Virus record (IMG/VR): IMGVR_UViG_3300025635_000033
Coordinates: 1 to 48,854 of that record
Origin: a virus
Lineage: Duplodnaviria > Caudoviricetes
Length of the DNA: 48,854 nt
Reading direction: 5' to 3' (one strand)
The position numbers and the translations under genes are program-made. Shown in pieces: positions 34,083 to 43,038 of the stretch. Within the stretch, counting starts at the first letter, position 1. Every line of letters starts with the position of its first letter. The notes beneath the pieces were generated by a model. The model made no database searches, was not told the origin of the DNA, and was given only the letters and a program-made list of their open reading frames with translations.

Positions 34083-34661
34083 TCAGCCCATGAACGAGGT
34101 CTTGCGGACGTAGCGCTCCTTGGCCTCGCTGGCGGCGTAGAACGCATCGACCGCCTTCTTCAGCGTCTCCTGGTCGGCGTCGGCGAGCTGGCTGATGGCG
34201 CGGCGGCCGTTGCCGACGGCGTCCTCGAGGCAGTCCTGCAGGTCGACCTGCGCGGCAGCCATCGTGAACTTGTCGATGTAGGGCTTGGCGGCCTTGCGCA
34301 GGTCGTCGAGCGTCAGTGTAGCCTGCTCGGCCTTCACCTTCTCGATAATCTCATTGACCCGCTGCGCCTCGGGGTCCGCCTTCTGCTCGGGCTCGGTGGT
34401 CTTCACCTCGGCTACCGGCTCGGCCGGCTGCTCGGCCTTCTTCGGGCGACCGCGGCCGGACTTCTGCGTCGTGGTCTCGGCGGCCGGGTGCGGATCGACC
34501 GCCGGCACCGGGCCGCCATTGCCGATCGCGACGCCCTGGCCCATCTGCACGCCCGCCGCCGGGGTGAAGCTGGTGGCGCCAAGCAGGCCGACGGACAGGC
34601 CGCGAAGCTCGTCGAGGGAGTGTGCGGCGTTCTCGCCGTTGATCGTGATTGTGACAGGCAT
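34083..34661 (-). CDS. Hypothetical replication-module protein
   Basis: MPVTITING N-terminus, low-complexity linker, C-terminal LTLDDLRKAA helical domain. Usual position before DUF2800 and SSB. Confidence 0.75.
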   Translation of the reverse strand: MPVTITINGENAAHSLDELRGLSVGLLGATSFTPAAGVQMGQGVAIGNGGPVPAVDPHPAAETTTQKSGRGRPKKAEQPAEPVAEVKTTEPEQKADPEAQRVNEIIEKVKAEQATLTLDDLRKAAKPYIDKFTMAAAQVDLQDCLEDAVGNGRRAISQLADADQETLKKAVDAFYAASEAKERYVRKTSFMG

Positions 34662-34663
34662 CT

Positions 34664-35977
34664 TCAATGCTCCATGACTTTGCGAATGGTTGCGACTTTG
34701 GGGAGGAGGATCGACACCAGGACCTCGTCGAAGGAGCCCGGCAGCGCGCACACGCGAACGAGCCCTTGGGCCTTCCGCGAGTGGTTCGTGATGCGCAGGG
34801 ACGCCTGCGCCATATCCTTGGGGAGGAAGCTGTATTCGACGAACCACAGCTCGTCGGCTTCCGAGAGGTCGATCGCCTCGCCGGCGGCCTGAATCTGGCC
34901 GACGAACACGCGGTAGAGGGCGTCTTCCTGAAACTTGGCCGCCATCGGGCGGCGCAGCAGCGGGTCGGTGCGGCCGTCGATGCCGCACACGCCGAACTCG
35001 GCGAAACCCTTCCACAGCGCGTCGATGACGTCGGTGTGCCAGGCCATCAGGACCAGCTTGCGAATGCGCCGGTCCTTCAGCTGCTCGCGCGCAGCCTCGA
35101 TGACGGCGTGAGCCTTGATGGTCCCGGTGATGCGGCGCAGCGGACCCATGTGCATCTCGAGCGAGCGCGTGTCGTCGCTGCGCGCGGCGTCGAGGATGGC
35201 TTCGGCTTCCGGACAGTTGGCCAATTCAGCCGGCAGTTTGTCGACGTCGAGCGCGAACATGTCGTAGCGCGGCGGCAGGATCCCGACGTCCTGCTGCGTC
35301 CGGCGCAGGAAGAAGCCGTCGAGCCGCTGGTTGAGGTCGTCGAGGTTCTGGCCGCCGACCACGACGTTCTCCAGCCGGCCCTGATACCGCTTGGTCTTCA
35401 CGACGCAGAAGCGGTTGATGAAATCGTCATGCGCGGCGTAGGGGGTGAGGCGGCTCGGCGCCAGCCCGCGCAGCATGGGGTAAAGGTCGTCGGGAGCGCC
35501 GTTCGGCATCGGCGTGCCCGTCAGCGGCCAGACATAGCCCGACACGCTTGCGAGGCCGCCCTTGCCGTATAGGCCGATCGTGCGGCGCGTCGGCGCACTG
35601 CCGTTCATCACGTTGCAGGCGTAGTGGGCCTCGTCGGGGATCAGAACGTCCCAGCGACGGGCGGTGAGGGCGCTGAAAAGCGGTTCCTGGAAGAACTCAT
35701 GCCAGCCGACCACGACAGCGTCGGCTTCGGGCAGCGGCGTCTTGGCGCCGTAGTGAACGTGGATGGAGCGCGGCAGGCCCCACTGGCCCAGCTCGTAGCC
35801 CCACTGCGCGCGGCCGGTGGCCGTTGTGATGACGAGGATGGTCCGCGCCATCACATAGTCGGCGGCGCGGATGGATGCGCCCGTCTTCCCCACTCGCGGA
35901 GCGTCCGCAAGGAGCGCAGCCCGGCGGCTTGCCAGAAACTGCGCTCCTGTGATTTGAGTGGGGAGAGGGGTCGGCAT
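34664..35977 (-). CDS. SNF2-family helicase
   Basis: LADAPRVGKT, DEAH, LTGTPMPN, FLRRT, AAGEAIDLS, QASLRI. Confidence 0.9.
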   Translation of the reverse strand: MPTPLPTQITGAQFLASRRAALLADAPRVGKTGASIRAADYVMARTILVITTATGRAQWGYELGQWGLPRSIHVHYGAKTPLPEADAVVVGWHEFFQEPLFSALTARRWDVLIPDEAHYACNVMNGSAPTRRTIGLYGKGGLASVSGYVWPLTGTPMPNGAPDDLYPMLRGLAPSRLTPYAAHDDFINRFCVVKTKRYQGRLENVVVGGQNLDDLNQRLDGFFLRRTQQDVGILPPRYDMFALDVDKLPAELANCPEAEAILDAARSDDTRSLEMHMGPLRRITGTIKAHAVIEAAREQLKDRRIRKLVLMAWHTDVIDALWKGFAEFGVCGIDGRTDPLLRRPMAAKFQEDALYRVFVGQIQAAGEAIDLSEADELWFVEYSFLPKDMAQASLRITNHSRKAQGLVRVCALPGSFDEVLVSILLPKVATIRKVMEH

Positions 35978-36028
35978 GGCGTCCTGTATTACGCTGTATG
36001 TCTCAATATCAGACACACAAGACAACGG

Positions 36029-36769
36029 TCAAGCGGCTTGAGCCAGCGCGAACAACTGTGACGGTCGATCGTCACCCTCGCGGTAGGTGTTCTCGTACTG
36101 CGCCAGCATCACCAGGTTGCAGGCGACGTGCCCGATATGCGGCAGGCCGCTCTCCGGGTCGTTGGCCTCGCCGCGCAGGATGGCCAGCAGGTGACGGACG
36201 GCGCAGGCGGCGGGAACGGACCACGGCATACCCTTGGCCCAATTCCAGGCGGCGTACTTCTTCGCGCCGTAGTCGAAGACGGCTGCGCAGCTGGACCACG
36301 GATCGTCCATGCGTTCCAGCACGGCCGAAGCGCCGCAGCGACGTGCCTGCCACGCACCCAGCGACCGCAGAACCGCCAGCGCCTCGTCCAGCTCGGGCGT
36401 CAACTCGCCCTCGAACTGCATGTCTTCGTAGGTCGAGATGACTTCGAAGGGAATCAGGTCGACGCGCATTTTGCCGGCGTTGAAGCGCGCGCCGCTACCC
36501 TTGGTGTCGCTGTTGATGTCGCCGATGCCGGCGGTAGGGGCGCTGTGCAGCTTCAGCGTGAACTGGCGCGGGTCCGGCTCAGGCGCTACGAGGTCCCATT
36601 CATCGGCCCACGTCTCGCACCAGCGGCCGTCGCTCATGTACGTCTCGCTGTTCGGAGCTCGCCACGGGAACGACGCACTGTCGCTCACGGACATCGGCCC
36701 TACCACCACCCCATCCCGACGCCGGTAGTACCGGCCCTCTTCGACAGTCACACCTTCAGGCAAAGACAT
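36029..36769 (-). CDS. dATP/dGTP diphosphohydrolase-domain protein (DUF5664)
   Basis: GARFNAGK, VFDYGAKKYAAWNWAKG, RHL...GEANDPESGLPHIGHVACN. Confidence 0.85.
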   Translation of the reverse strand: MSLPEGVTVEEGRYYRRRDGVVVGPMSVSDSASFPWRAPNSETYMSDGRWCETWADEWDLVAPEPDPRQFTLKLHSAPTAGIGDINSDTKGSGARFNAGKMRVDLIPFEVISTYEDMQFEGELTPELDEALAVLRSLGAWQARRCGASAVLERMDDPWSSCAAVFDYGAKKYAAWNWAKGMPWSVPAACAVRHLLAILRGEANDPESGLPHIGHVACNLVMLAQYENTYREGDDRPSQLFALAQAA

Positions 36770-37253
36770 CGCCGCCTCCATGTTGCGGTTGCTGCAGTTG
36801 AAACCAGTGAGCCAGCAGGGCGGCCTCGGCCCTGTCGTTGTCCTTCTTGCGCGAGAACAGCGCGGCCAGCGACGGCCACAGCCGCATCGCCATTGCGCGG
36901 CTGCCATCCTTGCCGGCGTTCAAGCCCAGCGCCTTCTTCCAGCGCATCGGCGTGACGTGCTCGACGCGGATGCCCAGCGCCTTTGCGATGTACTCGGGAG
37001 CGCCAGCCGCTCGGCCGAAGTTGAAGGCTGCACTGGCCGACTGGCCCTGGATGCCGCCGACCTGCTCGACGACCACGACGGCGGGCTGCATTTCGCGCAG
37101 CAACGCCGCCAAGGCGTAGCCGTCGACCTCGGCCTTGTCAGTCTTGCCGCGCCGGACCTCGATCGCCGGCATGTCGACGGCGCGCTCGAGCTGGCCACCG
37201 ACCAGCAGCGCGACGCCGCCGTGGGCGCCGGGGTCTACGCCGACGATTCGCAT
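36756..37253 (-). CDS. ruvC: RuvC-like Holliday junction resolvase
   Basis: IVGVDPG, VVVEQV, SAFNFG, PMRWKK, NDRAEAALLA. Confidence 0.88.
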   Translation of the reverse strand: MRIVGVDPGAHGGVALLVGGQLERAVDMPAIEVRRGKTDKAEVDGYALAALLREMQPAVVVVEQVGGIQGQSASAAFNFGRAAGAPEYIAKALGIRVEHVTPMRWKKALGLNAGKDGSRAMAMRLWPSLAALFSRKKDNDRAEAALLAHWFQLQQPQHGGGDVFA

Positions 37254-37498
37254 GCCTGTTCCTGATCGGGCGCCAGGGCCGGGGCGGGCGCAATGGCGTT
37301 GACGGCGGCGAACCGCAGCCGGGCCGAGTCGCTGTGCCTGGCGATGATATTCAATTCATCGATGCACTCGGCTGCGTCGTCTGTCTGTTGTGCCGGTACG
37401 ACAGATGCCGGATCGACCGCCCGACGCCGCTCGCGGCTCAAGCACGAACTGAATCTCCAATACGCAAATGTATAATTTTCCAAATCTGTTTTCATCAC
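37235..37498 (-). CDS. Hypothetical protein
   Basis: GTGA-coupled to the cro-like gene, MKTDLENYTFAYW. Confidence 0.55.
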   Translation of the reverse strand: MMKTDLENYTFAYWRFSSCLSRERRRAVDPASVVPAQQTDDAAECIDELNIIARHSDSARLRFAAVNAIAPAPALAPDQEQACESSA

Positions 37499-37731
37499 TG
37501 TGCGCATCCCCCCAGATAGGCCGTCATGCAAACGGGCTGGCCGCGATCCAATTCAATCAGAGCTAGAATAAGGGGCAGCCACTCGCTCGGTACACGTCCG
37601 CGCTGAAACCACTTCTCGACAGTTGGAGTCGACACCCCGTCGACGCCATACGACGTCACAAAGGCTGCAAGACCAGGCGGGTTGTGGAAATGGTCCCGAA
37701 GGAACTTTTTGGTATTGAAGGTAACAGCCAC
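37495..37731 (-). CDS. Cro-like HTH regulator
   Basis: GTG start with GGAG SD, TVEKWFQRGRVPSEW. First gene of the leftward arm, divergent from the repressor. Confidence 0.7.
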   Translation of the reverse strand: MAVTFNTKKFLRDHFHNPPGLAAFVTSYGVDGVSTPTVEKWFQRGRVPSEWLPLILALIELDRGQPVCMTAYLGGCAQ

Positions 37732-37760
37732 CCGCGTCTCCGAGTCTTTGCGCTTCGGGT

Positions 37761-37850
37761 GTTGTATGTCTGATGTCTGTCGCATGTCAACAGCGTCTTG
37801 AATAATTGTTGACGACAGACATACGGCTGACTACAACGGACATACATTCT
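37761..37850. promoter_or_regulatory. Divergent promoters / operator region of the lysis-lysogeny switch
   Basis: Minus: TTGACA(37790)-18-TACAAC. Plus: TTGACG(37809)-17-TACAAC. Several GACATAC and CAGACA boxes. Confidence 0.75.
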
Positions 37851-37873
37851 GCGGATTGCTCAGGGAGATAACG

Positions 37874-38368
37874 GTGGCTAGGAAGTATCGAAACTACATC
37901 GGCGATAGCATCGGAAGTGACCAGGTGCCGGATCAGCTCAAGCCCAATTACCTGGATAAACAGCAATTCGCCGCGCGGCTGGACCGCGCCCGGCAGGCGA
38001 AGAACTGGAGCCAGTCGGAGCTGGCCCGCGAGGCGACCAAGATGTTGTCCGGCGGCAAACCTGTCTCGCGCGATGACATATCGCGCTACGTCAACGGCCT
38101 GTCGTTTCCCGGCCCCGCGAAGCTCAACGCTATTGCGGCGGCGCTTGGCATGGAGCCTGAAACACTTCTGCCGAACATCGCGCAGAACGCTATCGCCGCC
38201 GATGAGCACCCCAGCTTCGTCATGAAGGCGATCGAGAGCGCGCCCGGCGTCGCCTGGGTGTCAGTTAACCGACTGGTTAAGTTGAGCACCGCGACCCGCA
38301 TCGCGACGCTGCTCGAGGAAGACATGGCCGCCAATGCCGATAACGCTCACCCAAAAGGCCGCCGCTGA
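37874..38368 (+). CDS. XRE-family HTH repressor (CI-like, no S24 peptidase domain)
   Basis: FAARLDRARQAKNWSQSELA...SRDDISRYVNGLSFP...IAAALGMEPETL. Confidence 0.88.
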   Translation: MARKYRNYIGDSIGSDQVPDQLKPNYLDKQQFAARLDRARQAKNWSQSELAREATKMLSGGKPVSRDDISRYVNGLSFPGPAKLNAIAAALGMEPETLLPNIAQNAIAADEHPSFVMKAIESAPGVAWVSVNRLVKLSTATRIATLLEEDMAANADNAHPKGRR

Positions 38369-38639
38369 GTTGATGGGGTGGCCCGAGGCCAAGATCAAAC
38401 GGCTTCGTCTGTCCGGCCAGCTGCCCTACTATCCCGGTCGTCCGCCGACCATCGAACTCTCCGACCTGCAGGCCCTCAAATGCCGTCACCCCCGAAGCTC
38501 GACAGAGACCGCGCAACCGGCATCTACTTCATCCGGTGGACAGAACCCGGCCCCCGCGGCCAGCGCGGCCGAAGCCGACGCCAGAGCACGCGCACGACAG
38601 ACTTGGCTGCGGCGACGGCTTACTTCTCGGAGTGGCTGA
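38334..38639 (+). CDS. xis: Excisionase-like winged HTH protein
   Basis: LTQKAAAELMGW...IKRLRLSGQLPY pattern, overlaps the integrase start. Confidence 0.65.
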   Translation: MPITLTQKAAAELMGWPEAKIKRLRLSGQLPYYPGRPPTIELSDLQALKCRHPRSSTETAQPASTSSGGQNPAPAASAAEADARARARQTWLRRRLTSRSG

Positions 38640-39556
38640 AGCTCGAGCGCAGCAGCCCGGCGCCCGGCGAGAACTTCACGGTGGCCGACCTCTGGTCCGT
38701 CTACGACAAGCAGCACATCCAGGTGCGGGTGGCCGACGGCGGCGCGCGACACGATAGCGCATGGAAGAACATCAAGCCCCATTTTGGCGCGCTCCGTCTG
38801 TCTGAAATCAGGCCCGACACCGTCATAGCCTACACGACGAAGCGCGCCAGCGGTGCCATCGGCGAGCCGGCGAACGGCGGGACGGTGCGGTTGGAGCTCA
38901 GTCTGCTCATCGCCTGCCTCAACTGGTGCGCCCACAAGAAGCGCCAGCCGCCGCTCATCAGTCGCGATGAAATCCCGCATATCGAGATGCCGCCGGCGAG
39001 CGCGCCGCGCGACCGCTGGCTGACAACCGACGAGATTCAGAAGCTCATGGCCGCTGCGGCCGAGATGCGCCAGGGCGAGCGCCTGTCGCGCGCCGAGCGG
39101 TTCCTGTGGCTGGCGCTGGAGACTGCCTCGCGCAAGACGGCCATCTATACGCTGCCCTGGTCGAGGGTGGACTTCGAGACGGGCGTCATCGACTACAACG
39201 AACCGGGCCGGGCGGCCACGAAGAAGCGCCGCGCCGTGGTGCCCATCTCCAAGGTCCTGCGGCCGGTCCTCGAGCGCGCCTACCGCGAGCGCACGAGCGA
39301 CCTGGTGCTCGACACCCCGACGGACCTCTCGCAGTCGATCGACCGGATTGCGGCGCGCGCTGGCGTGGCCGGTGTCACGCCCCACGTCCTGCGCCACACC
39401 GCGGCAACGCACATGGCGCGGCGGCGGGTGCCGCTGTGGCTGGTGGCGAAGATCCTGGCCAACACGATCGCGATGACGGAGCGCGTCTATGCGAAGCACT
39501 GCCCCGAGGACCTGCGCGAGGCGGTGGATACGATAAGCGGCGGCGTTGCGCTGTAG
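38480..39556 (+). CDS. int: Tyrosine integrase
   Basis: TASRK (Arg), KKRR, PHVLRHT, KILAN, RVYAKH (Tyr). Likely start ATG 38480. Confidence 0.93.
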   Translation: MPSPPKLDRDRATGIYFIRWTEPGPRGQRGRSRRQSTRTTDLAAATAYFSEWLKLERSSPAPGENFTVADLWSVYDKQHIQVRVADGGARHDSAWKNIKPHFGALRLSEIRPDTVIAYTTKRASGAIGEPANGGTVRLELSLLIACLNWCAHKKRQPPLISRDEIPHIEMPPASAPRDRWLTTDEIQKLMAAAAEMRQGERLSRAERFLWLALETASRKTAIYTLPWSRVDFETGVIDYNEPGRAATKKRRAVVPISKVLRPVLERAYRERTSDLVLDTPTDLSQSIDRIAARAGVAGVTPHVLRHTAATHMARRRVPLWLVAKILANTIAMTERVYAKHCPEDLREAVDTISGGVAL

Positions 39557-39850
39557 TCGGGCGCAAAAGACCGGCCAGTAGTGTCTGACGCGACCTACAG
39601 CGTCCGACACCACCCTCAACCGATGCCGCAAAAATCGCTAAAACGTTGTCTGGACTGCATCAGACAGTCGGCCATGTGCTGTATACAGAACACGCTCAGA
39701 CAACGCAGTCAAGCGCAGAGGCTAAGTGCCTGAAACGCCGTAGTTAAAGGTGTCTTGCGCGTCTGGCAAGACGCAAGCGGCGTCTGACATACAGAGAGTG
39801 GGGCGCAAAACGGGGCGCAAACTGCCGGGGTGCGGCGAGGCGGGCGATGC
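39557..39850. other. Probable attP region
   Basis: Non-coding, lower GC, directly after int. Arm-like direct repeats GGGCGCAAA at 39559, 39801 and 39813. Confidence 0.55.
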
Positions 39851-39865
39851 GGTAAACTGCACTCC

Positions 39866-40162
39866 ATGCGCGCCATCCTCATCCTGATGCTCGTTGCGTT
39901 GGCCGGTTGTGAGACGACCGTGGCTGGGAAGCAGCGCCAGCTGGCGGGCTGGATCGGCCAGCCGGTGCAGACGTTCTCCGAGACCTTCAGCATCATGCCC
40001 GAGACCGTCTACGACACCGACGACGGCCGCCGGACCTACCTCTTCAGGAAGCCCGGCGGTTGGGGCGGTTCGTGCGGCGTGACGATTCGGGCGGTGCGCG
40101 GCGCCGGCGACGTGGCGACGATTGCCGAGATGGAGAGCAGCTGCCCGCCGGGGTCGCTCTAG
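39866..40162 (+). CDS. Small lipoprotein (possible lysogenic conversion / superinfection exclusion)
   Basis: MRAILILMLVALAG-C lipobox, Cys pair, stands alone opposite the late arm. Confidence 0.8.
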   Translation: MRAILILMLVALAGCETTVAGKQRQLAGWIGQPVQTFSETFSIMPETVYDTDDGRRTYLFRKPGGWGGSCGVTIRAVRGAGDVATIAEMESSCPPGSL

Positions 40163-43035
40163 GGCTTCATCACCGCCTTCTTCGTCTCGCGGTCCTTGTC
40201 TTCCGGCCCCAGCATGTCGATCAGCGTCGACGTCTCGTTGCCCAGCCAGCCCTTCGCGCTGCGCGCCAGGGCCGCCCGGTTCGCCGGGTTGTTCTCCTTC
40301 AGCAGCAGCGCCGCCCATTCCGGATCCAGCAGGGCCTTGTCGATCGCCTTGTCGACGGCCGCGGTGTGGGCCTGCTTCACGGCCTTGCGCGCGATGATGC
40401 CTGCGATGTTGATGGCCGCGAAGGCCGGGCTGACGACGCCGCGCTCGACGGCGAAGATGCGCGACGCCAAGGTCTCGCCGCTCGGCAGGTAGCCGGGCTG
40501 CATGCCCTGGGGCGTGCCGGACGTGTTGGGCGCCTTGGCCGAGTTGCGGACGTCGACACCTTGCATCGCCTCAGTGATCTTCTTGACGTTCTGCCAATGC
40601 TCCGGGTTGTCCCGGTACAGGCGTTCGGCGACAGCCGCCACGGCAGGGTCGTCCACGAACCGGCGCAGCGCGCCCGGCAGGTAGGGTTGGCTGCCCGAGA
40701 TGGTCTTCGTGGTGCTCCCACCGCTGCGCGTCTTCTCCTGCATGATATCCCAGAACACCTTGCGGGCGCCTTCGACGGCCTTCGGGTCGTCGTTGACGAA
40801 GCGCAACAGCTCGTCGGCGGCGCGCGCCGGGTCCTTGCTGGCGATCACGCCGCGCATGGCCTTGCTGGCGTTCTCGTCGCCGTACTGGAGGTAGCGGGCC
40901 ACGACACCGCGGCCCTGCGGCCCGATCTCACGCATGAGTTCGGTTTCGGTGGCCTGTGCGGTCGCCTGTGCGCCTCGAGCCGTCTGGGCGCGACCGAGCT
41001 CGTCGGCCATGCCGGGGAACCGCTGAAGCTGCTGGCTGTATTCCTGCGTGAACCGCTGGATGCCCTCGGCCGTCGCCGTGTCGGCGTTCGACAGCAGCTG
41101 GTCGCGAATGGCGGCGCGCGTCGCCGGCGTGTCGGCTTGCTGCAGGATGCGATCGAGCGCGTCGGTGCGGACGGACAGGTTGGCCACGTTCTCGTCGCGC
41201 ATGCGGGGCGTGCCGCCCGGTCGCACGGACAGAATATCGGCCACCGGATCGCCCTTGCGCTCAAAGGCGGTGCCCTCGGCGCGGCGCAATCCGCGCGCCT
41301 CGCCCAGAGCCGCCCGCTGCTCGGCGGTGATGCCGCCCTGGATGACTTCCTCGACGGCGTCGATGTACTGACCCAGCACGCGCACCGTGTTGCGTCCGCC
41401 CGGCTCGGCGGCAGCCTTCTCCTGCAGGCCCAGAAGGCGCGTCTTGAGCGCCGACGCCTCACGGATGGTGATGGCCTCGCCCGCCGGGATTTGTGCAATC
41501 TGGTCGATGAGGCCCTGCGGCGTGTCGACACGATCGGCGCGCGGCAGGCTGGCGGTGACACGGTCAAGCCCTTCCGCTAGCGTCGTCGGCGCCAACGGGT
41601 TGTCGTTGATGCCGGCGCGCTCGTAGGCGTCGGCCGTGGCCTGCCGGGTCGTGTCGCGCGCCGTCTCCAGCTCGTTCCGGACCGTGCTGCCGCGGCCCGC
41701 CGGCGTGCCGCCCGGCGTCAGGGTGCGGGTGAGGTTGTTGGCCTCGTCCGTGGCGTTGGCCGTGTTGACGCCGGCGTCCGTCAGGCGGCGCTGACGCTCG
41801 ATTTCGAGCTCGCTCGACAGCGCACCGGGCGTCGCCTGCGGCTCGGACGTCTTCATGGCGTCGTCGATGGCCGCCGTGTTGGCGTCGCGGCGCGCGGCGT
41901 ACTGGCCGCTGTTGGGGCCGCTCTGGCGGCTGTATTCGGCGGCAGCCAGGCCGGGGTTCTTGGTCCGGTCGGCCGTGCTCTCCTGGAAGCGCGGGATGGT
42001 CTCGTCGACCTTGCGGCCATTCATGATCTGCGCGACGAGCGGATCGGTGTCGATGACGCCGTCCTTGCCGGGCGCCACGTTGGCGAAGCGCGCGATCTCG
42101 TCCGTCGCTACGTCACGGACGACCTTGTTCGTCGTGCCGGTGTTGCCGGTCATGGCGCCGACAACGTGTCCGCCGACGTCCACCACCTTCTTGCCGAGCG
42201 CAGCCGTGCCGACGCCCGTTACAGCGCCTGCGACATCGCCCGCCTGCTGCAGGCCCGTCGGCTTCTCGCCGCGCGCCTCTGCGGCTGACTTGCCGGTCAC
42301 TTCGTTCACCAGCCCGGCGCCAGTGCCGGCAGCGGTTGCGGCCGCAACTTCCTTGCCGACGAAGTTGGCGGGGTTGACGGCAGCCGACTCGACCATCTTG
42401 GCGGGAGCCTGCTTGAAGAAGTCGGCGATGCGACCGATGACGTTGGTCCCGGTGCCTTCAGGGATAGCAGCCCGTGCGGCTGCAGGGCCGAGCGACGCAC
42501 CCGCGCGCACGGCGCCGCCGGCCGGGACCGCCATCGCACCGACTTCCTCGCCGACGCGATGCGCGATGCGCTCGCCGAGCCCTTCCGGCTTCTGGCGCGG
42601 CGCCTCGACGCCCAGCAGCCCTGCCGTCCAGTCGTTGAGCTTGTTCGGGATGGCCTTGATGGCGTCGGAGGTCGGGAACGGGATGCCACCCACCATCGCC
42701 ACAGGCCCCATGCCGCGGCCCGTCGCCTTTCCGATGTCGCCCGGCAGGCCGACGATGTTGGCCATGCCTTCGGCCGCGCCGCGCACGCCCTGGTCGGCGA
42801 TGCCCAGAGCCGTCTTGGCACCGGACATGATGCGTTCGACCAGCGTCGGAGGCGGCGGTGCCGGCCCGACGGAGGCCGCTGCGGCGGCGCCGGGAGGCGC
42901 CATTGCGCCGCCGGTGGGTGCGGGCGCGGCGCCGCTGCCGTAAAGCTCCTGTACCGCCGCATCGACGGCCTCGGGCGTGTCAGCGGTGACGCGATACTTT
43001 TTCCCGTCCGGACCTTCGACGATGTAATCGGCCAC
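40159..43035 (-). CDS. Large internal virion / DNA ejection protein
   Basis: 958 aa Ala/Gly-rich helical protein, N-terminal YIVEGPDGKKYRV, last gene of the virion arm. Confidence 0.75.
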   Translation of the reverse strand: MADYIVEGPDGKKYRVTADTPEAVDAAVQELYGSGAAPAPTGGAMAPPGAAAAASVGPAPPPPTLVERIMSGAKTALGIADQGVRGAAEGMANIVGLPGDIGKATGRGMGPVAMVGGIPFPTSDAIKAIPNKLNDWTAGLLGVEAPRQKPEGLGERIAHRVGEEVGAMAVPAGGAVRAGASLGPAAARAAIPEGTGTNVIGRIADFFKQAPAKMVESAAVNPANFVGKEVAAATAAGTGAGLVNEVTGKSAAEARGEKPTGLQQAGDVAGAVTGVGTAALGKKVVDVGGHVVGAMTGNTGTTNKVVRDVATDEIARFANVAPGKDGVIDTDPLVAQIMNGRKVDETIPRFQESTADRTKNPGLAAAEYSRQSGPNSGQYAARRDANTAAIDDAMKTSEPQATPGALSSELEIERQRRLTDAGVNTANATDEANNLTRTLTPGGTPAGRGSTVRNELETARDTTRQATADAYERAGINDNPLAPTTLAEGLDRVTASLPRADRVDTPQGLIDQIAQIPAGEAITIREASALKTRLLGLQEKAAAEPGGRNTVRVLGQYIDAVEEVIQGGITAEQRAALGEARGLRRAEGTAFERKGDPVADILSVRPGGTPRMRDENVANLSVRTDALDRILQQADTPATRAAIRDQLLSNADTATAEGIQRFTQEYSQQLQRFPGMADELGRAQTARGAQATAQATETELMREIGPQGRGVVARYLQYGDENASKAMRGVIASKDPARAADELLRFVNDDPKAVEGARKVFWDIMQEKTRSGGSTTKTISGSQPYLPGALRRFVDDPAVAAVAERLYRDNPEHWQNVKKITEAMQGVDVRNSAKAPNTSGTPQGMQPGYLPSGETLASRIFAVERGVVSPAFAAINIAGIIARKAVKQAHTAAVDKAIDKALLDPEWAALLLKENNPANRAALARSAKGWLGNETSTLIDMLGPEDKDRETKKAVMKP

Positions 43036-43038
43036 TGG

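Noticed and set aside
24715-35015. Extended ORF-track calls 24715-26025, 29404-30060, 29936-30634 and 34083-35015
   Set aside because: Upstream parts overlap real genes out of frame. Only the 3' parts after coupled starts are credible.
25548-36769. Complete 2-aminoadenine (Z-genome) pathway
   Set aside because: No adenylosuccinate synthetase-like purZ and no HD-domain datZ in a nearly complete genome.
39557-39850. tRNA gene or tRNA-derived att core
   Set aside because: No cloverleaf or T-arm GTTCGA-CCA signature found, so the att core could not be identified.
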